Part shown: one piece after another, positions 52,365 through 64,000 of the stretch | How positions within the stretch are numbered: the stretch's first letter is position 1 | Layout of the letters: the number at the start of each line of letters is the position of its first letter | Assembly: GCA_951406725.2 (NCBI GenBank) | Contig: OX597824.1 | Coordinates: forward strand, 99,820,001-99,884,000 | Source of the DNA: Octopus vulgaris | Taxonomy: Eukaryota | DNA: 64,000 nucleotides | Direction of reading: 5' to 3' | Notes under the pieces: model-generated | Told to the model about the DNA's origin: nothing | The model's database searches: none | The model's input: only the letters and a program-made list of their open reading frames with translations | Position numbers and translations under genes: made by a program

Positions 52365-53639
52365 ACCTCTGAACGAAAAACAGTGCCATTGTCTATAAGC
52401 AGCTAATCCATGGAGCCTCATTCTAGGAATATCTCATTTTGTATTCTTGTGATTTCCTCCATGGTCCCCATCTTCATCTCCCTCCATATGGCCAACCATC
52501 CTGGTCTGCAGTTGACTATCGAGAAGTATGTCCCCTGCATCACATCCACTGCCAGTTGTTTCCAGTTGTGTTCCACTGGAATGCTTCCTGCCTCATGCAC
52601 ACTAGAGCAGGGACAGAGGACTGGCACCTGTCACAGCTCTCAACTACTCTTTGCACACTCTGTCTGGTCACATCCGAGTCAACTTTTCTGGCTAGGAACA
52701 AGGTCCTGTCCACCCCCATGTGATGCATGGTATGCAATCTCCTTAGCTCCAAGTCACTCAGTTGACATACTGTAGCCACTCCATGCTCCAGATCCTCTGG
52801 CACCTGCAACCAGGCTTTCTTTATTCTGGTCAGGACGTCCGCTCTATTCCTCTCAGAGAGCACAAAAACCACACTCAGCCTCAGGTTAAACTCGGTGGCT
52901 AGCTTGCCCAGAATTACCAAATGGTGTTTTATCAGCATTTCTGTGCTACCTTTGGTTCATACCCTCCACTTGCTGGTGACCACTGATCCTATCCATCTTA
53001 GTACAGTGGCTGAATTGGTCTAGATCTCAATGGTACGCAGCCCCCACTTCAGGGCCAGGCTCAGCCCCCACCTCTGGGCCAGGCTCAGCCCCTTCAACAT
53101 AGCATCCAGCTCCACCACATTGATGTGGTTGCAGTCGTTCTTCTTCCTAAGCCAGGCCGCATCCTCCACCACAACACCTCCAATTGCCAGGACAACTCCT
53201 GTTGCCATGCTGCTGGTATCACACCACATGATCCCATTCTTCAACTTGGGCACATACCAGTTTCCTCTTACTAGGTCCTCCACAGTCATTCTCTCCAAGA
53301 CTTCTTGCATCATGGCAGTTGTCTTCTCGCCCACGTTATCACTCCTTTAGCTCACCTCTTGATAAAGCTGCATGCTGTCTGGAGCCATCCTGCAATCAGG
53401 TAGTGTCCCAGAAGCTTCCCACACATAGAAAACAGTTCCTGTCTACTCATCTTGGAGTCCAGTTCTGGGATCTCATTCCCTCTCCAAAACACCAACATGC
53501 CAGCCTTGTCTCTCTGTAGCTCCTCCTTCCATCGCCTCCGGTGGTTTGGCAGTTTTCCCCAAACTCTTCAGGTGGCTTATGACCTCCTTTGCCAACACTG
53601 TGCTCTCATCCACCAGGATGTCATCAATATAGGAATTGG

Positions 53640-53856
53640 TGGATGGCGGGGAGCTGGAAGAAATGTTAGCACGCTGGGCAAAATGCTTAGCGGTATTTCA
53701 TCTGTCTTTACATTCTGAGTTCAAATTCCGTCAAGGTCGACTTTGCCTTTCATCCTTTCAGGGTTGATAAATTAAGTCCCAGTTACGTACTGGGGTCGAT
53801 CTAATCGACTGATCCCCTCCCCCAGAATTTCGGGCCTTGTGCCCAGAGTAGAAAAG
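53640..53856 (+). mobile_element. tRNA-derived SINE (Meta/MESC-like central domain) nested in the Gypsy RT
   Basis: 14-bp TSD AATATAGGAATTGG (53626-53639 and 53857-53870); B box GAGTTCAAATTCC; central GCCTTTCATCCTTTCAGGGTTGATAAATTAAGT. The superfamily name is from recollection of the motif. Confidence 0.85.
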
Positions 53857-55598
53857 AATATAGGAATTGGGAGCCTTTTTTCACTTTGTCTGCCTTTCCC
53901 AGGATGGTTTTGAGAATCGTCGTCATAATCTTCTTTGCTGAATTTAGCCTGAATCCCAACCTGGTCAGGCAGTATGTCTGTCCCTTATACCTTACTAACT
54001 GGTATCTCCACAGTCTGTCAGCCACATGCAGCTGCAAGTATGCTGACTTCAAATTGACAATTGTGGAGGCTCCTGTCATCTGCCTCCACTCTCTCAAGGT
54101 TTTGCTGCCCGTATGGCACAATATGTGGTCGTTCAGCTCTCAGAAATACAGTACTGACCTGACATTATGCTTTGTTGGCTGCACCACTATCATCAGTGGT
54201 AGCACTCCACTCTCCACTTCCTCATTCCAAGGAATCAGAATACCTTCTTTGATCCACCAGTCCACCTCTCCTTTGAACTCGCTTCTGGCATCCCCTTTCA
54301 GGGTATGCTGATAGCAGTCTACTGCATTTTTCAGTGTGAGAGGATCTCCCTGTCCAGCCATCGAATGCAGCTTGAAAATCTTTGTCTGTGATATGTGCAG
54401 CATATTTTTCTTCACAGCTCTCACCACTCTCCTGTCGCAGACTCACAGTGCATCACATCCCTGCATCACCAAATGCTACACCAGCTTCATTGACCATGGC
54501 ACCCACTAAACAGGCAATGGCATCCATCCCCATCACCATATCAATTCCATCCACCACGTGGTTGATCATGATCACATGCAACCTCAATCTTGTTTCTTGT
54601 ACCACCATCTCCACATCGCTACTTCATCTGCATTCAACTTCCATACAATCAACAGCCCTTACACTACTCACTCCACTCCATTCTTCTACCACCTCCAGAG
54701 TCATTAGGGTTGTTGAGCAGCCTGTGTCCATGAGGGCTCGTGATACCTTTCTGTTCACCACGACTTCTACTACTGGCAGTGACTGTATACTCACCTCTAT
54801 TCTTTTGATGGGATGACTACCAGTGCAGTAGTCTCTCTTAGACCGTTTCCCTGCACACATTCACTAGCGATGTGGCCTATTTGTCTGCATCGATAGCAAA
54901 TTACTCCAGGCCTGGGTTCCTTGCCTGGGTTCCAGTTTCTCACCATGTGCAAATCCTGACACCGAAAACACTGCCCTTTCAAGGGTTGTGCACGTTCCTT
55001 GTTCGACCCCTCTCCACCACTCTTTGTTTGACCCCTTCTCATTGTTGCAGTTGCTGCTAAAGGTGTCATCCTGCAACACGAGACGATGGCTCTGGCCCAA
55101 GATATTACCTCTCCCATTGCCATGGAGTGAATATTGTGTCAGCTTTTGCAGTTCAACTGAGACATGGTCAGGAAATCCTGTCACAAATGCTAATTTAACA
55201 GTTTGTTCCAATGCATCATCTCTATATCGCACGAGTCTCGCCAATCTGATTTCATTGGCAAACACATCGACCTGTTCACCCATCCACTTCGCTTTCCCCA
55301 GTCGACCATATGCCATAAATGAGCCCTTCTGTGAAAGTCTCCATCAGCTGGCCTTCTATTTTCTCTGCACTTAACTGGTCCTTCTCCTCCATTTCCAGGT
55401 ATAGTGCCAACGCCGTTCCATCAAGATACAACAGTATGAAACTCGCTAGGTCATCTATACTTTGGAGTCTTGCCACCAACTTAAGTTTTTGCAGCCAAGC
55501 GGTGACACCTCCCTCACCACAAAATGGCCTAACCATCTCATTCGAAACATGGACCATACCCATCATTTTTTTTGTTTTCTTTTTGAGCTGAAATAGCT

Positions 55599-55911
55599 TG
55601 TGATGTGAAGGAGGAAAAAGATGGAAGCAATGAGAGAAATCTGGTAGTCTTACCTGTCGGTCCAGGAAAGGGTCGCTTTCAACATCCATGTGCTCTGTCT
55701 CGATCTGTAAGATTCACTCAACGTGTGCTATCCATTGTTTTACAGTCTAACATGTCTGCTCTGATGCGCTGTTCGCCGCTGACTGACTCTTCATGCCTTG
55801 CTGACCCTGCATGCCCACCGGTGGGACCCACAGGCCCCACTTCTGAAAGGACATGTCTACTTCCTCACTTCTGATCCTTCCCTACAATACAGCCTGGCTC
55901 ATAATACCACA
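55599..55911 (-). repeat. 5' LTR of the Gypsy element
   Basis: TG...CA termini; gag begins about 35 nt downstream on the minus strand. Confidence 0.9.
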
Positions 55912-56505
55912 CTCCTGATAAAGTTTATACCATTAAACTTGTGTAACATTTAAGATTGTAGGCTAATGTCTTTAAAAAAGTCAGCTGGAAAAAAAAAAAA
56001 GAAAAGAAATTTAAAGAAATAAAAACATTTTACGGAAATTACTTGACAAATACTGCAAGGCACCTTGGGCAAGTGTCTTCTACTATAGCCTTGGGCCGAT
56101 CAAAGCCTTGTGAGTGAATTTGGAGACAGAACCTGAGAGAAGTCCATCGTATATATTAAGTGTCCCACTCTTAAGGGATCGATGCTAGCTGTGTCAAAAC
56201 ACATTGTTATTAATAATATAAATTCTCATATATTACATCTTCCATCTTTCATTTACCACACACATACATGCATTTACATACATAGCTGTATATGTATGTA
56301 TATATATATCATCATCGTCATCGTTTAACGTCCGTTTAACAGTTCGACTGGAGTCTGGGAAGCCAGGAGGCTGCACCAGGCTCCAGTCTTATCTGGCAGT
56401 GTTTCTACAGCTGGATGCCCTTCCTAACGCCAACCACTCCGTGAGTGTAATAGGTGCTTTTTATGTGCCACCGGCACATGTGTCAGGGAAGGCTGGCAGT
56501 GGCCA

Positions 56506-56539
<34 letters not shown>

Positions 56540-57509
56540 GCATATGTATATATATGGGCCTTCTTTCGTTTTAACCAGCATGCCATATGCTATATCCATA
56601 TGGGGTCTTGTTAAACTGATTCATAAAATGAGCTTCCATTTAATTTTGCTCAGATTGCTTTCAGTTTTGGTGTATCGATGCAACTCTGAATTTTGATTAC
56701 GATCAACCAATTACCTTATCTTGTGACAGTACATTTTACATATTTTTCATGGCGATCTTTATAACCTTCATGATATTTTACATATATTTCATGAAGTTTT
56801 TCTGTGTTTACATTCGTTACAACAAATGTCCTTCAGTTTAAACTCAGGTCAGGCCAGAATGAGCCAGTCTGTATTTTTATTGAAGATGTAGGACATAGAG
56901 CATAGTGTGAGGGTGATTTGACTTTCATTTCTAGCAAATTGAACAACCACACTGAGGTTACCTCATTGGCTCATTTGCTAATGTGTATAAGTAAACAAAG
57001 ACTAAAGGAAATGGATCATCATTCCAGTTGTATGATCAACTGAACTGGTTACAGATTCAACTGGTTCTTATATTATCAACCCTTAAATAAAATAAGTACC
57101 AGTTGAATAACTAACAGGGCCTAAAAGGTCAAAACTTCATTTAATTTAGAAAATTTGAAAATGTAACACCTGTGCCTTTCTATTTCTGTTATGCTTCAGT
57201 CTCTTAACACCTGGAAAAAAGCTCTACCCCCACCCCACCTTTACTGCTCCTCCCTCCAGCATCCCCTCAGTGAAGGGGACATTTCTGTTTTTGCGAATTA
57301 CTTGGAAGCCTCTCTAGTGCCAGTGCCATGAAAATAGCACTGAGTACACATTATAAAGTGGTTGGCATGCTAGGAAGGGCATCTAGTTATAGAAACGGTA
57401 CCAAAATAGACATTGAAACTTAATGATGTCCTCAGGCATGTCAGATCCTGATGGATTATTCAATCCATACCAGCATGGAAACCAGTTGTTAAGTGATGAT
57501 ACCAATGAT

Positions 57510-58285
57510 GGTGAGAAGACGACCAGCATGGAGGAGAAGGGTCTGGAAGCTTAAAGATCCTGCGAATGGACAGAGATTTAGAGACGTATTACTCAAAGCC
57601 TTTGATGAAATAGAAGGGGATATAGCTTCACATCTGGAGGTTCCTATGGGACAACCTGCTAAAGGCCACCGACCAGATCTGTGGATGGTGCAAAGTCCCC
57701 TCTCAACCCAAAATAACGTGGTGGTGGAACAATGTTGTTGACAGGGCTATTAGAGAAAAGAAACAGGCTTGTAAGGACTGGAAGAATGGTGGTAGTAGGG
57801 AATTGTATCAGACTGCCAGAAGGGAAGCTAGGAGACAGGTTTATTTAGCCAGAGGAGAAGTAGATAAGAAAAAATTTGCCAATGTTCTGTGCCGTGAGGA
57901 CCAAAGATTTGAGGTATTTCATGTTGCAAGACAATGCGTGAGAGAGAATTGTGATGTTGTAGGAGAGAAATGTGTCCACATGGATGATGGTTCACTCACA
58001 CTAAACGAGGCTGCAAAGAGAGAGGTTTGGAGACGCCACTATGAAAGGTTGCTCAATAAAGTGAATGAATGGGAGAAAGAGAGTACTGCCTGACTGGCCC
58101 TCGTGTTGGTGGCGCGTAAAAGCACCCACTACACTCTCAGTGGTTGGCGTTAGGAAGGGCATCCAGCTGTAGAAACTCTGCCAGATCAGATTGGAGCCTG
58201 GTGCAGCCATCTGGTTTGCCAGTCCTCAGTCAAATTGTCCAACCCATGCCAACATGGAAAGCAGACGTTAAATGATGATGATGAT
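57510..58285 (+). mobile_element. RTE LINE internal fragment joined to a family 3' tail
   Basis: RRVWKLKDP...GQRFRD and YERLLN match ORF 49770..50483; followed by the common 3' UTR ending (GAT)n. Confidence 0.85.
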
Positions 58286-58420
58286 TGTTACTGTTTAAGT
58301 TCTCCACTAAAAAAAAAGGTTCCAATTAACTTCTTTGTCTCCTATAGCTAGTTTTGTGCCCAAAATTAATAAAGTGAATTTATATTTCAGATGTCTTGAA
58401 ATGACTGCTTGTGTGTCACA

Positions 58421-58576
58421 ATGTCAGTTGATGATACAAAGAAAGAGTGTGAAACAGAGAACCGTAAAAAAGAACGGGAAAGTTTGATACAAGAAATACT
58501 TGATACTGAAACTAACTATGTCAGTGACCTAAAGTGTTGTGTTGATATATTTTTAAAGCCTTCTGATGCAGACAAA
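58421..58576 (+). CDS. RhoGEF (DH domain; ARHGEF37/38/DNMBP-like), first coding exon
   Basis: Acceptor tatttcag ends at 58390; in-frame TGA at 58397 precedes ATG 58421. RESLIQEILDTETNYVSDL is DH conserved region 1. Donor AAA|gtaatt, phase 0. Confidence 0.88.
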
Positions 58577-58749
58577 GTAATTATTATTTAATACTCTGTA
58601 TATTTTCTATTTCTTTTTTTTTCTATACTTCATGGTACGTATAAAAAATAGAATAACTGAGAGTCAAAACCGATCTGACAAAGGCTCAATATTCAGAAAT
58701 TAAAAAAAGTTTCCATTGTTAAATTAATTACAACATAATTCACATGAAT

Positions 58750-60135
58750 ATATAAATGTGAGTCATGGGCCCTGAGTGCAGGGGACATATGAAGACTAGA
58801 GAGGTACGAAGCTAGTATTCTCCACTGGATGTGCAAAGTTAGTGTGCATGTGTGACAAAGTACTAATGTATTGAGAAAAAAGTTAGGTATTAGAGGAATC
58901 CAGGTGAGGACAGTTGCATAAAGTAATGATGATCACTTAAAGTGGATAGAACTTGTGGAAGAGGGAGACCTAAGAAGACAAGGGCTGCAGTATTGAAGGA
59001 AAATCTCGAGATGCTGAGCATTATGGAGGAGATGACAAAGAACTGAGATGACTGACAATCTGCTGAAGTCGAGAGGACTTGTCTATCACAATGAATAATG
59101 ATATTCTAAAATCAATTAGTATGCTTGTATGTATGGGGCCCTGATCCATCAAGCATTCCCCCCAATTCTCATCCTGCAACACTTATCACTTCCCTATCTG
59201 CAGTACCACTTGGCTGCTGTAATCAACTGAGAGGGATCCTCTGGACCTTAACAAAAGAATTCAAGACTGGCTGCCCCTGGGAGCTCTGTTTCACTGATGA
59301 CCTTGTTCTTACAGCTGAATCACTACCTGACCTGGAGAAGAAATTTCAGGTGTGGAAACAAGGCCTGGAATCTAAGGGCCTTAGAGTTAATTTAGCAAAA
59401 ACTAAAGTCTTAGTAAGTAAGAAAACAGGTAAATCACAAGTCCCTTCGAGGAGATGGCCCTGCTCAATATGTAAGATGGGTGTTGTACCCATTGCAAGCT
59501 TTGGACACATAAAAGTTGTAGTGGTATCACAGGGCAGTGAAACATGGACTTTGACTACAGAGAACTTGTGAAGGTTTGAAAGAAATGAAGCTAGCATGCT
59601 CCATTGGATGGGTAATGTCAGTGTGCATGCATTGACTGGGTGTATGGAGTATGAGATGGTGTGTGCAAGAAAGAAGACTGCACTGGTTTGGTCATAGGAT
59701 GTGTATAGATGAGAACAGCTGTATAAAGAAGTGTCAATCTCTAATTGTGGAAGGGGTAGACCCAGGAATATGTGGAACAAATTGGTGAGAAAGGATCTTC
59801 AGATGCTGGGCCTCACTGAGGAAATGATAAGGGACCAAGTGTTGTGGCAATTTGCTGTACTTGAGAGATACATCAAGCTAAGTTAAGTCACTGTCATCCA
59901 TACGAACAGGCTTGACCTTCATAGGTGCCAGGGTTACATGAAATGCACTTGTGCTGGTGATCTATGCCAGTGGCACGTGAAAAGCACCCAGCACACTCTG
60001 TGAAGTGGGTGGGTGTCATTAGGAGAGTATCCAGACCATGCTACAACAGATAACTGGAGTCTGGCCAGCTCCTGTCAAACCGTCCAACCCATGCCAGCAT
60101 AGAAAACGGTTGTTAAATGATGATGATAGTGATGA
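58750..60135 (+). mobile_element. Degraded RTE LINE 3' fragments in a RhoGEF intron
   Basis: EFKTGCPWEL.FTDDL...GLRVNLAKTK, RGRPR.WN and a 3' tail ending (GAT)n. Confidence 0.8.
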
Positions 60136-60238
60136 TCTTTTTTATTTAACCATTTATCTGTCTATAAACCCAGTCAGCTAAATATATGAATGTTGTTTAT
60201 GACAATTCTGTTTTCTGTTTTGTTAATCAACTGCTTAG

Positions 60239-60368
60239 TTCAATTCTGAAGGAGTTATGATTGACCGACTTTTCTTAAACTTTGAAAACATTTGTGAAAC
60301 TTCTGAGAAATTATTAAAGCTTCTGAACAAAAATGTGAGAGGATTTGATTTTGACCAACAAATTGTTG
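60239..60368 (+). CDS. RhoGEF coding exon 2
   Basis: Acceptor ctgcttag; FNSEGVMIDRLFLNFENICETSEKLLKLLNKNVRGFDFDQQIV (DH LFxNIE-type motif); donor G|gtaagt, phase 1. Confidence 0.88.
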
Positions 60369-61279
60369 GTAAGTGAATTATTTTATTAATTTTTTTTTCT
60401 GCTTCTCATTTGTGATTTCTTACTTTTGTTTAGCTCTGGTCTTTCATGCAATACAGATAAAAACTAATCATTAAATGCTATGAATACGATCTTTTCATTT
60501 CAGGATTTCCACTTCAGTTATACTTGATCAGTTGCCAACTTATTGGATCAAACAAGACTTTCAGTTAGCTTGTTGCTCCTGTTTACTCTTTCCTTTGTTT
60601 CATTTTTCACATTGTCATTTCTTTCTCTCACTCCCTCTGTCATGGCTCTTACTCTCATTACTTCTTCACTGTATTTGTATTTAATCTCCTCTCCCTTTAC
60701 CTCTCGCTCACTCAGTATATATATTTGGATTATTTTTCCATTTGAGAGCGGTTGGGTTCATTTTTAGTATTCTCGTTTGCGAGAGTGGTCGATTTTATTT
60801 CAGATATCCTCGTTTAAAAAATAATCTTCGGTTAACCGTTGAGAGGACATTGGTGTTGCCTTGGCAGAGGTTTGCACTCACTGAGTGCTCTTGTTTTACT
60901 TTACTTTACATGAAGTATTACGATCTTACATTGACTTTCAAGTCTTTCTCTGATTATCTCCCTTGAAAGCATGCTCATAGTTTCCATGTAAGTTATGGTA
61001 GCATTTCTCTATTTTCGTTCCTCTATTATTAATTTTTCTCGCATCTCTATCTTAGTAGAACCTGATGGATAAAGAAATCAAACTACATAAACAAATGGCT
61101 GCAAAACCGCTCAGAAATTAAATAACACAAACATATTCAGTAACAATAGTAAATTAAATTTATCCTCAACAATTTTTTACCAATTTTGAATATATCGCTC
61201 CTGTTTAAAACTTCTTACCTACTTGACAATTGCATTTCTAGCTCTCCCTTGAAGGAAGCTTATTTCTTGGACTCGCATT

Positions 61280-61430
61280 TTAGTACACAACAATGTTGTT
61301 AAACCTCTGTTAACAGTACCGTATGCAGATCCTTTCTATTTTCTTTCATGCATGGATAAATTTTTCACCATAGATCTTAAAGGTTGTAAAGACATTATAT
61401 CAGTGGATAAATTAAAAAAGGTTCCTGTTC
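61280..61430 (+). mobile_element. Old Gypsy integrase C-terminal (GPY/F) remnant
   Basis: KPLLTVPYADPF...KFFTIDLKG...ISVDKLK resembles PL.PPY.GPF...VSIDRLK. Confidence 0.5.
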
Positions 61431-61659
61431 CCACTGCAGACGACACACACACAGCATTACAAACACACTCCACATACTCCACTTCACATTGCATGACTAT
61501 CATTGGGATCGATCAGGTACTGCACAAGGATTATGGAATATTTTTCCAGTGTTTTCACTTAATTTTTGAGAGTGGTCAGGTTCATTTTTAGTATTCTCAT
61601 TTGTGAGAGCAGTCAAATTTATTTCAGATATTTTCATTTTAAAAATCCTCTCCAGCTAA

Positions 61660-62800
61660 TTGTTGAGGATGTTGGTGCAATCTCACTTTAGTTGCTGGGT
61701 CTTAATCACAGCGTATCTCCAAAGGTCCCAGTCTCCTGTTATTGCCTCTGTGAGACCCAATGTTCGAAGGTTGTGCTTCACTACCTCATCCCATGTCTTC
61801 CTGGGTCTACCTCTTCTACAGGTTCCTTCTACAGTTAGAGAATCGCACTTCTTCACACAGCTGTCTTCATTCATACATAACACATGACCATACCAGTGCA
61901 GTCACCTCTCTTGCACACCACATTTGATGCTTCGTATGCCCAACTTTTCTCTGAGGGTGCTTACACTCTGTATGCACACTGACATTACACATCCAGTGGA
62001 TCATACTAGCATCCAAGGCCCATGTTTCACTGCCATGTAGCATGGCAATTCGCACACATGCATTGTACAGTCTACCTTTCACCCTGAACGAGAGGCCCTT
62101 AGTTGCCAGCAGAGGTAGGAGCTCCCTGAACTTTGCCTAGGCTATTCTTACTCTAGTCGCTACACTCTCAGAGTAACCACCTCCACTACAGACTTGGTTG
62201 CCTAGGTAGCAGAAGCAAATAACTAATTCTAGTTTTTCCCCCTGGCATATGATGAAATCTATTTTCTGTACATCTTCAGTGTTTATTACCCCAGTGCATC
62301 TACCACACACAAAAACTATTTTCCTGGTTAACCTTCCTTTGATATTGCTGCACCTTTTATGTGTCCATAGCTTACACTGGGTACATCGTATGGAATTTCT
62401 ACCCATGCCTTTTCTACAGATTGAGCAGGGCCATCTATCTGAAGGGGGTTGTGATTTGACAGCCTTCTTACTTACTAAGAGTTTGGTTTTTGCTAGGTTA
62501 ACCCTAAGACCCTTCAATTCTAGACATTGCTTCCACACCCTTAACTTCATCTCCAGTTCTGGCAGGGACTTGGCTATTAGAGCAAGGTCACCTCCCAGGA
62601 GCAGCTTGTTTTGAATTCCTCTGTTATTGCCTGGAGGACGATAATGAATTAAGAGGGGGTTGAGGACTGATCCTTGGTGAACCCCTACTTCTACTCGAAA
62701 TTCTTCACTATACTTGTTGCCAACCCTCACTTTACTGATAGCATCCCTGTACAGGGCTTGTACAGCTCTTACCAGCCACTTGTCTATCCCCAGTTTCCAC
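61660..62800 (-). mobile_element. 5'-truncated RTE LINE (PHD-finger family)
   Basis: ORF 62137..62730 has HQGS and WPCSIC...CTQC...H..C...CGRC; downstream GRPRKTWDEVV. Confidence 0.9.
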
Positions 62801-63059
62801 GTATATATATATAATATGTGTGTGTGTGTTTCTTTTGCATGTATTACCCTACCCCATTGAGATGCTGTTGCTTTTTCAAATTATAGGTTTTTCTCAATAC
62901 TTACACAGTTATACATTAACATTGCTTGCCTAGTAGACCATATACATCTCATTCCTCTGAAGCTACTGAGGTTTCCGGCATATTACATTGTCATAAATAA
63001 TAGTTGAAATTTAACTCTATCAAATGTTGATTTTGATGGTAATTTTTCCAATCTCACAG

Positions 63060-63151
63060 GTCAGTGTTTCCTGGAAGTGTCAAAGGATTTAGAAAGTGTA
63101 TATTCTTATTATTGTGTCAACATCACTTCTGCCCTGGAATATGAAAGTGAG
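63060..63151 (+). CDS. RhoGEF coding exon 3
   Basis: Acceptor ttttccaatctcacag; G|GT join gives GQCFLEVSKDLESVYSYYCVNITSALEYESE; donor gtaagt, phase 0. Confidence 0.9.
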
Positions 63152-63622
63152 GTAAGTCTCTTGGACGATACAACTGTATAATTTGAATGATTATTTTAAG
63201 ATGTATCCTGTGTCAAAACATTTAGCTCGATAATTCTATTATTTTTTTTCTTAATCCTTTGAATTTTTCCTTGTTTTATTACTAGCAACAGCTCTACCAC
63301 TTCACTCAGCTCTACTCCATTTCCAGCAATAATCTTCACTCCACCAACCGACTCAAACTGCTTCTCTCCTATTAATACTCACTTGATGCCTACTAATACT
63401 ATGATGATCTCTCTTTTAAGTTGTTATTGATGTTGGTGGTAGTGGCCAAAATAAGTTTGTATCCTGGTTGGTGGCACAGTGGTGGTTGCACATAATGAAG
63501 CAGTTTCAGTGTCAGAAACTTGAATTTAGAATAAATATTGCACGAACGGACACCATAAATTGGTGAGAAATTAACACCATGGTACAAATTGTGGTTTAAT
63601 TGAAATTTGTTTTTCTCTTTAG

Positions 63623-63772
63623 GTAGCACAGCATCCTCTGATTTTGGACAAAATCAAGCAGTTAACCGATCATTACCAGAACACAAATCAAATAATTACT
63701 CTAAATTCCTTGCTAACAAAGCCTGTACAAAGAATCACTAAATATCATTTATTACTTGAATCTCTGCTAGAG
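63623..63772 (+). CDS. RhoGEF coding exon 4 (DH conserved region 3); gene continues beyond the window
   Basis: Acceptor ttttctctttag; LNSLLTKPVQRITKYHLLLESLLE matches the LxxxLIKPVQRIxKYxLLL motif; donor gtgag. Confidence 0.93.
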
Positions 63773-64000
63773 GTGAGCCTTAATTTTACTATTGGCAACA
63801 CTTAATTTCATATATTTATTCTGTACTGTGACATTGTTGAATAGATAAGATATTGAAGTTTCAGCATAGAGGGTGTGAACCCCAACTGGAATTTCACTAA
63901 ATAGAATATCAGTCGACAAAGTTTGGACAGATGTATTATATTGACTAAATGTGCAACAGCAGTTATCCTAAATGTTCACTGCCATTTTTTTCTGAATAAG

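Larger units (their letters stand above)
46841..55911 (-). mobile_element. Full-length degraded Ty3/Gypsy LTR retrotransposon with nested LINE and SINE
   Basis: 5-bp TSD CTCCT (46836-46840 and 55912-55916); two LTRs; PPT GGGGGGAGGG next to the 3' LTR. Domain order: gag (CYRCRQIGHIASEC), protease (LMDTG), RT (LKSAYLQL, YIDD), RNase H (WCDTS, NRADVL), integrase (HHCC, LAVD). Confidence 0.95.

Overview
Eukaryotic, AT-rich, microsatellite- and transposon-dense DNA. The repeat landscape suggests a cephalopod such as Octopus; this is inferred, not proven. Three spliced host genes can be built with GT-AG junctions and consistent phases. (1) A complete 186-aa PMP22/EMP/claudin-superfamily tetraspan gene (+, 1029-7054). 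(2) A complete 195-aa globin-X-like globin with a predicted myristoylated, polybasic N-terminus (-, 32637-20809; B12.2 and G7.0 introns). (3) The first four coding exons of a DH-domain RhoGEF of the ARHGEF37/38/DNMBP type (+, 58421 onward, running off the window). The rest is layered mobile DNA: a mariner, a hAT deletion derivative, a Helitron, Penelope-like fragments, tRNA-SINEs, several RTE LINE families (some with C-terminal C2H2 fingers, one with a PHD-type finger inside the RT region), a solo LTR, and a full Gypsy provirus containing a nested full-length LINE and a SINE. The most unusual signals are two minus-strand type I hammerhead ribozymes upstream of the globin CDS. One has a covariant U3-A8 core; the other was hit at its cleavage site by a LINE tail in a way that could rebuild helix III. 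The Gypsy primer-binding position also matches the 5' end, rather than the 3' end, of tRNA-Phe. All calls come from manual reading; no searches or folding programs were run.
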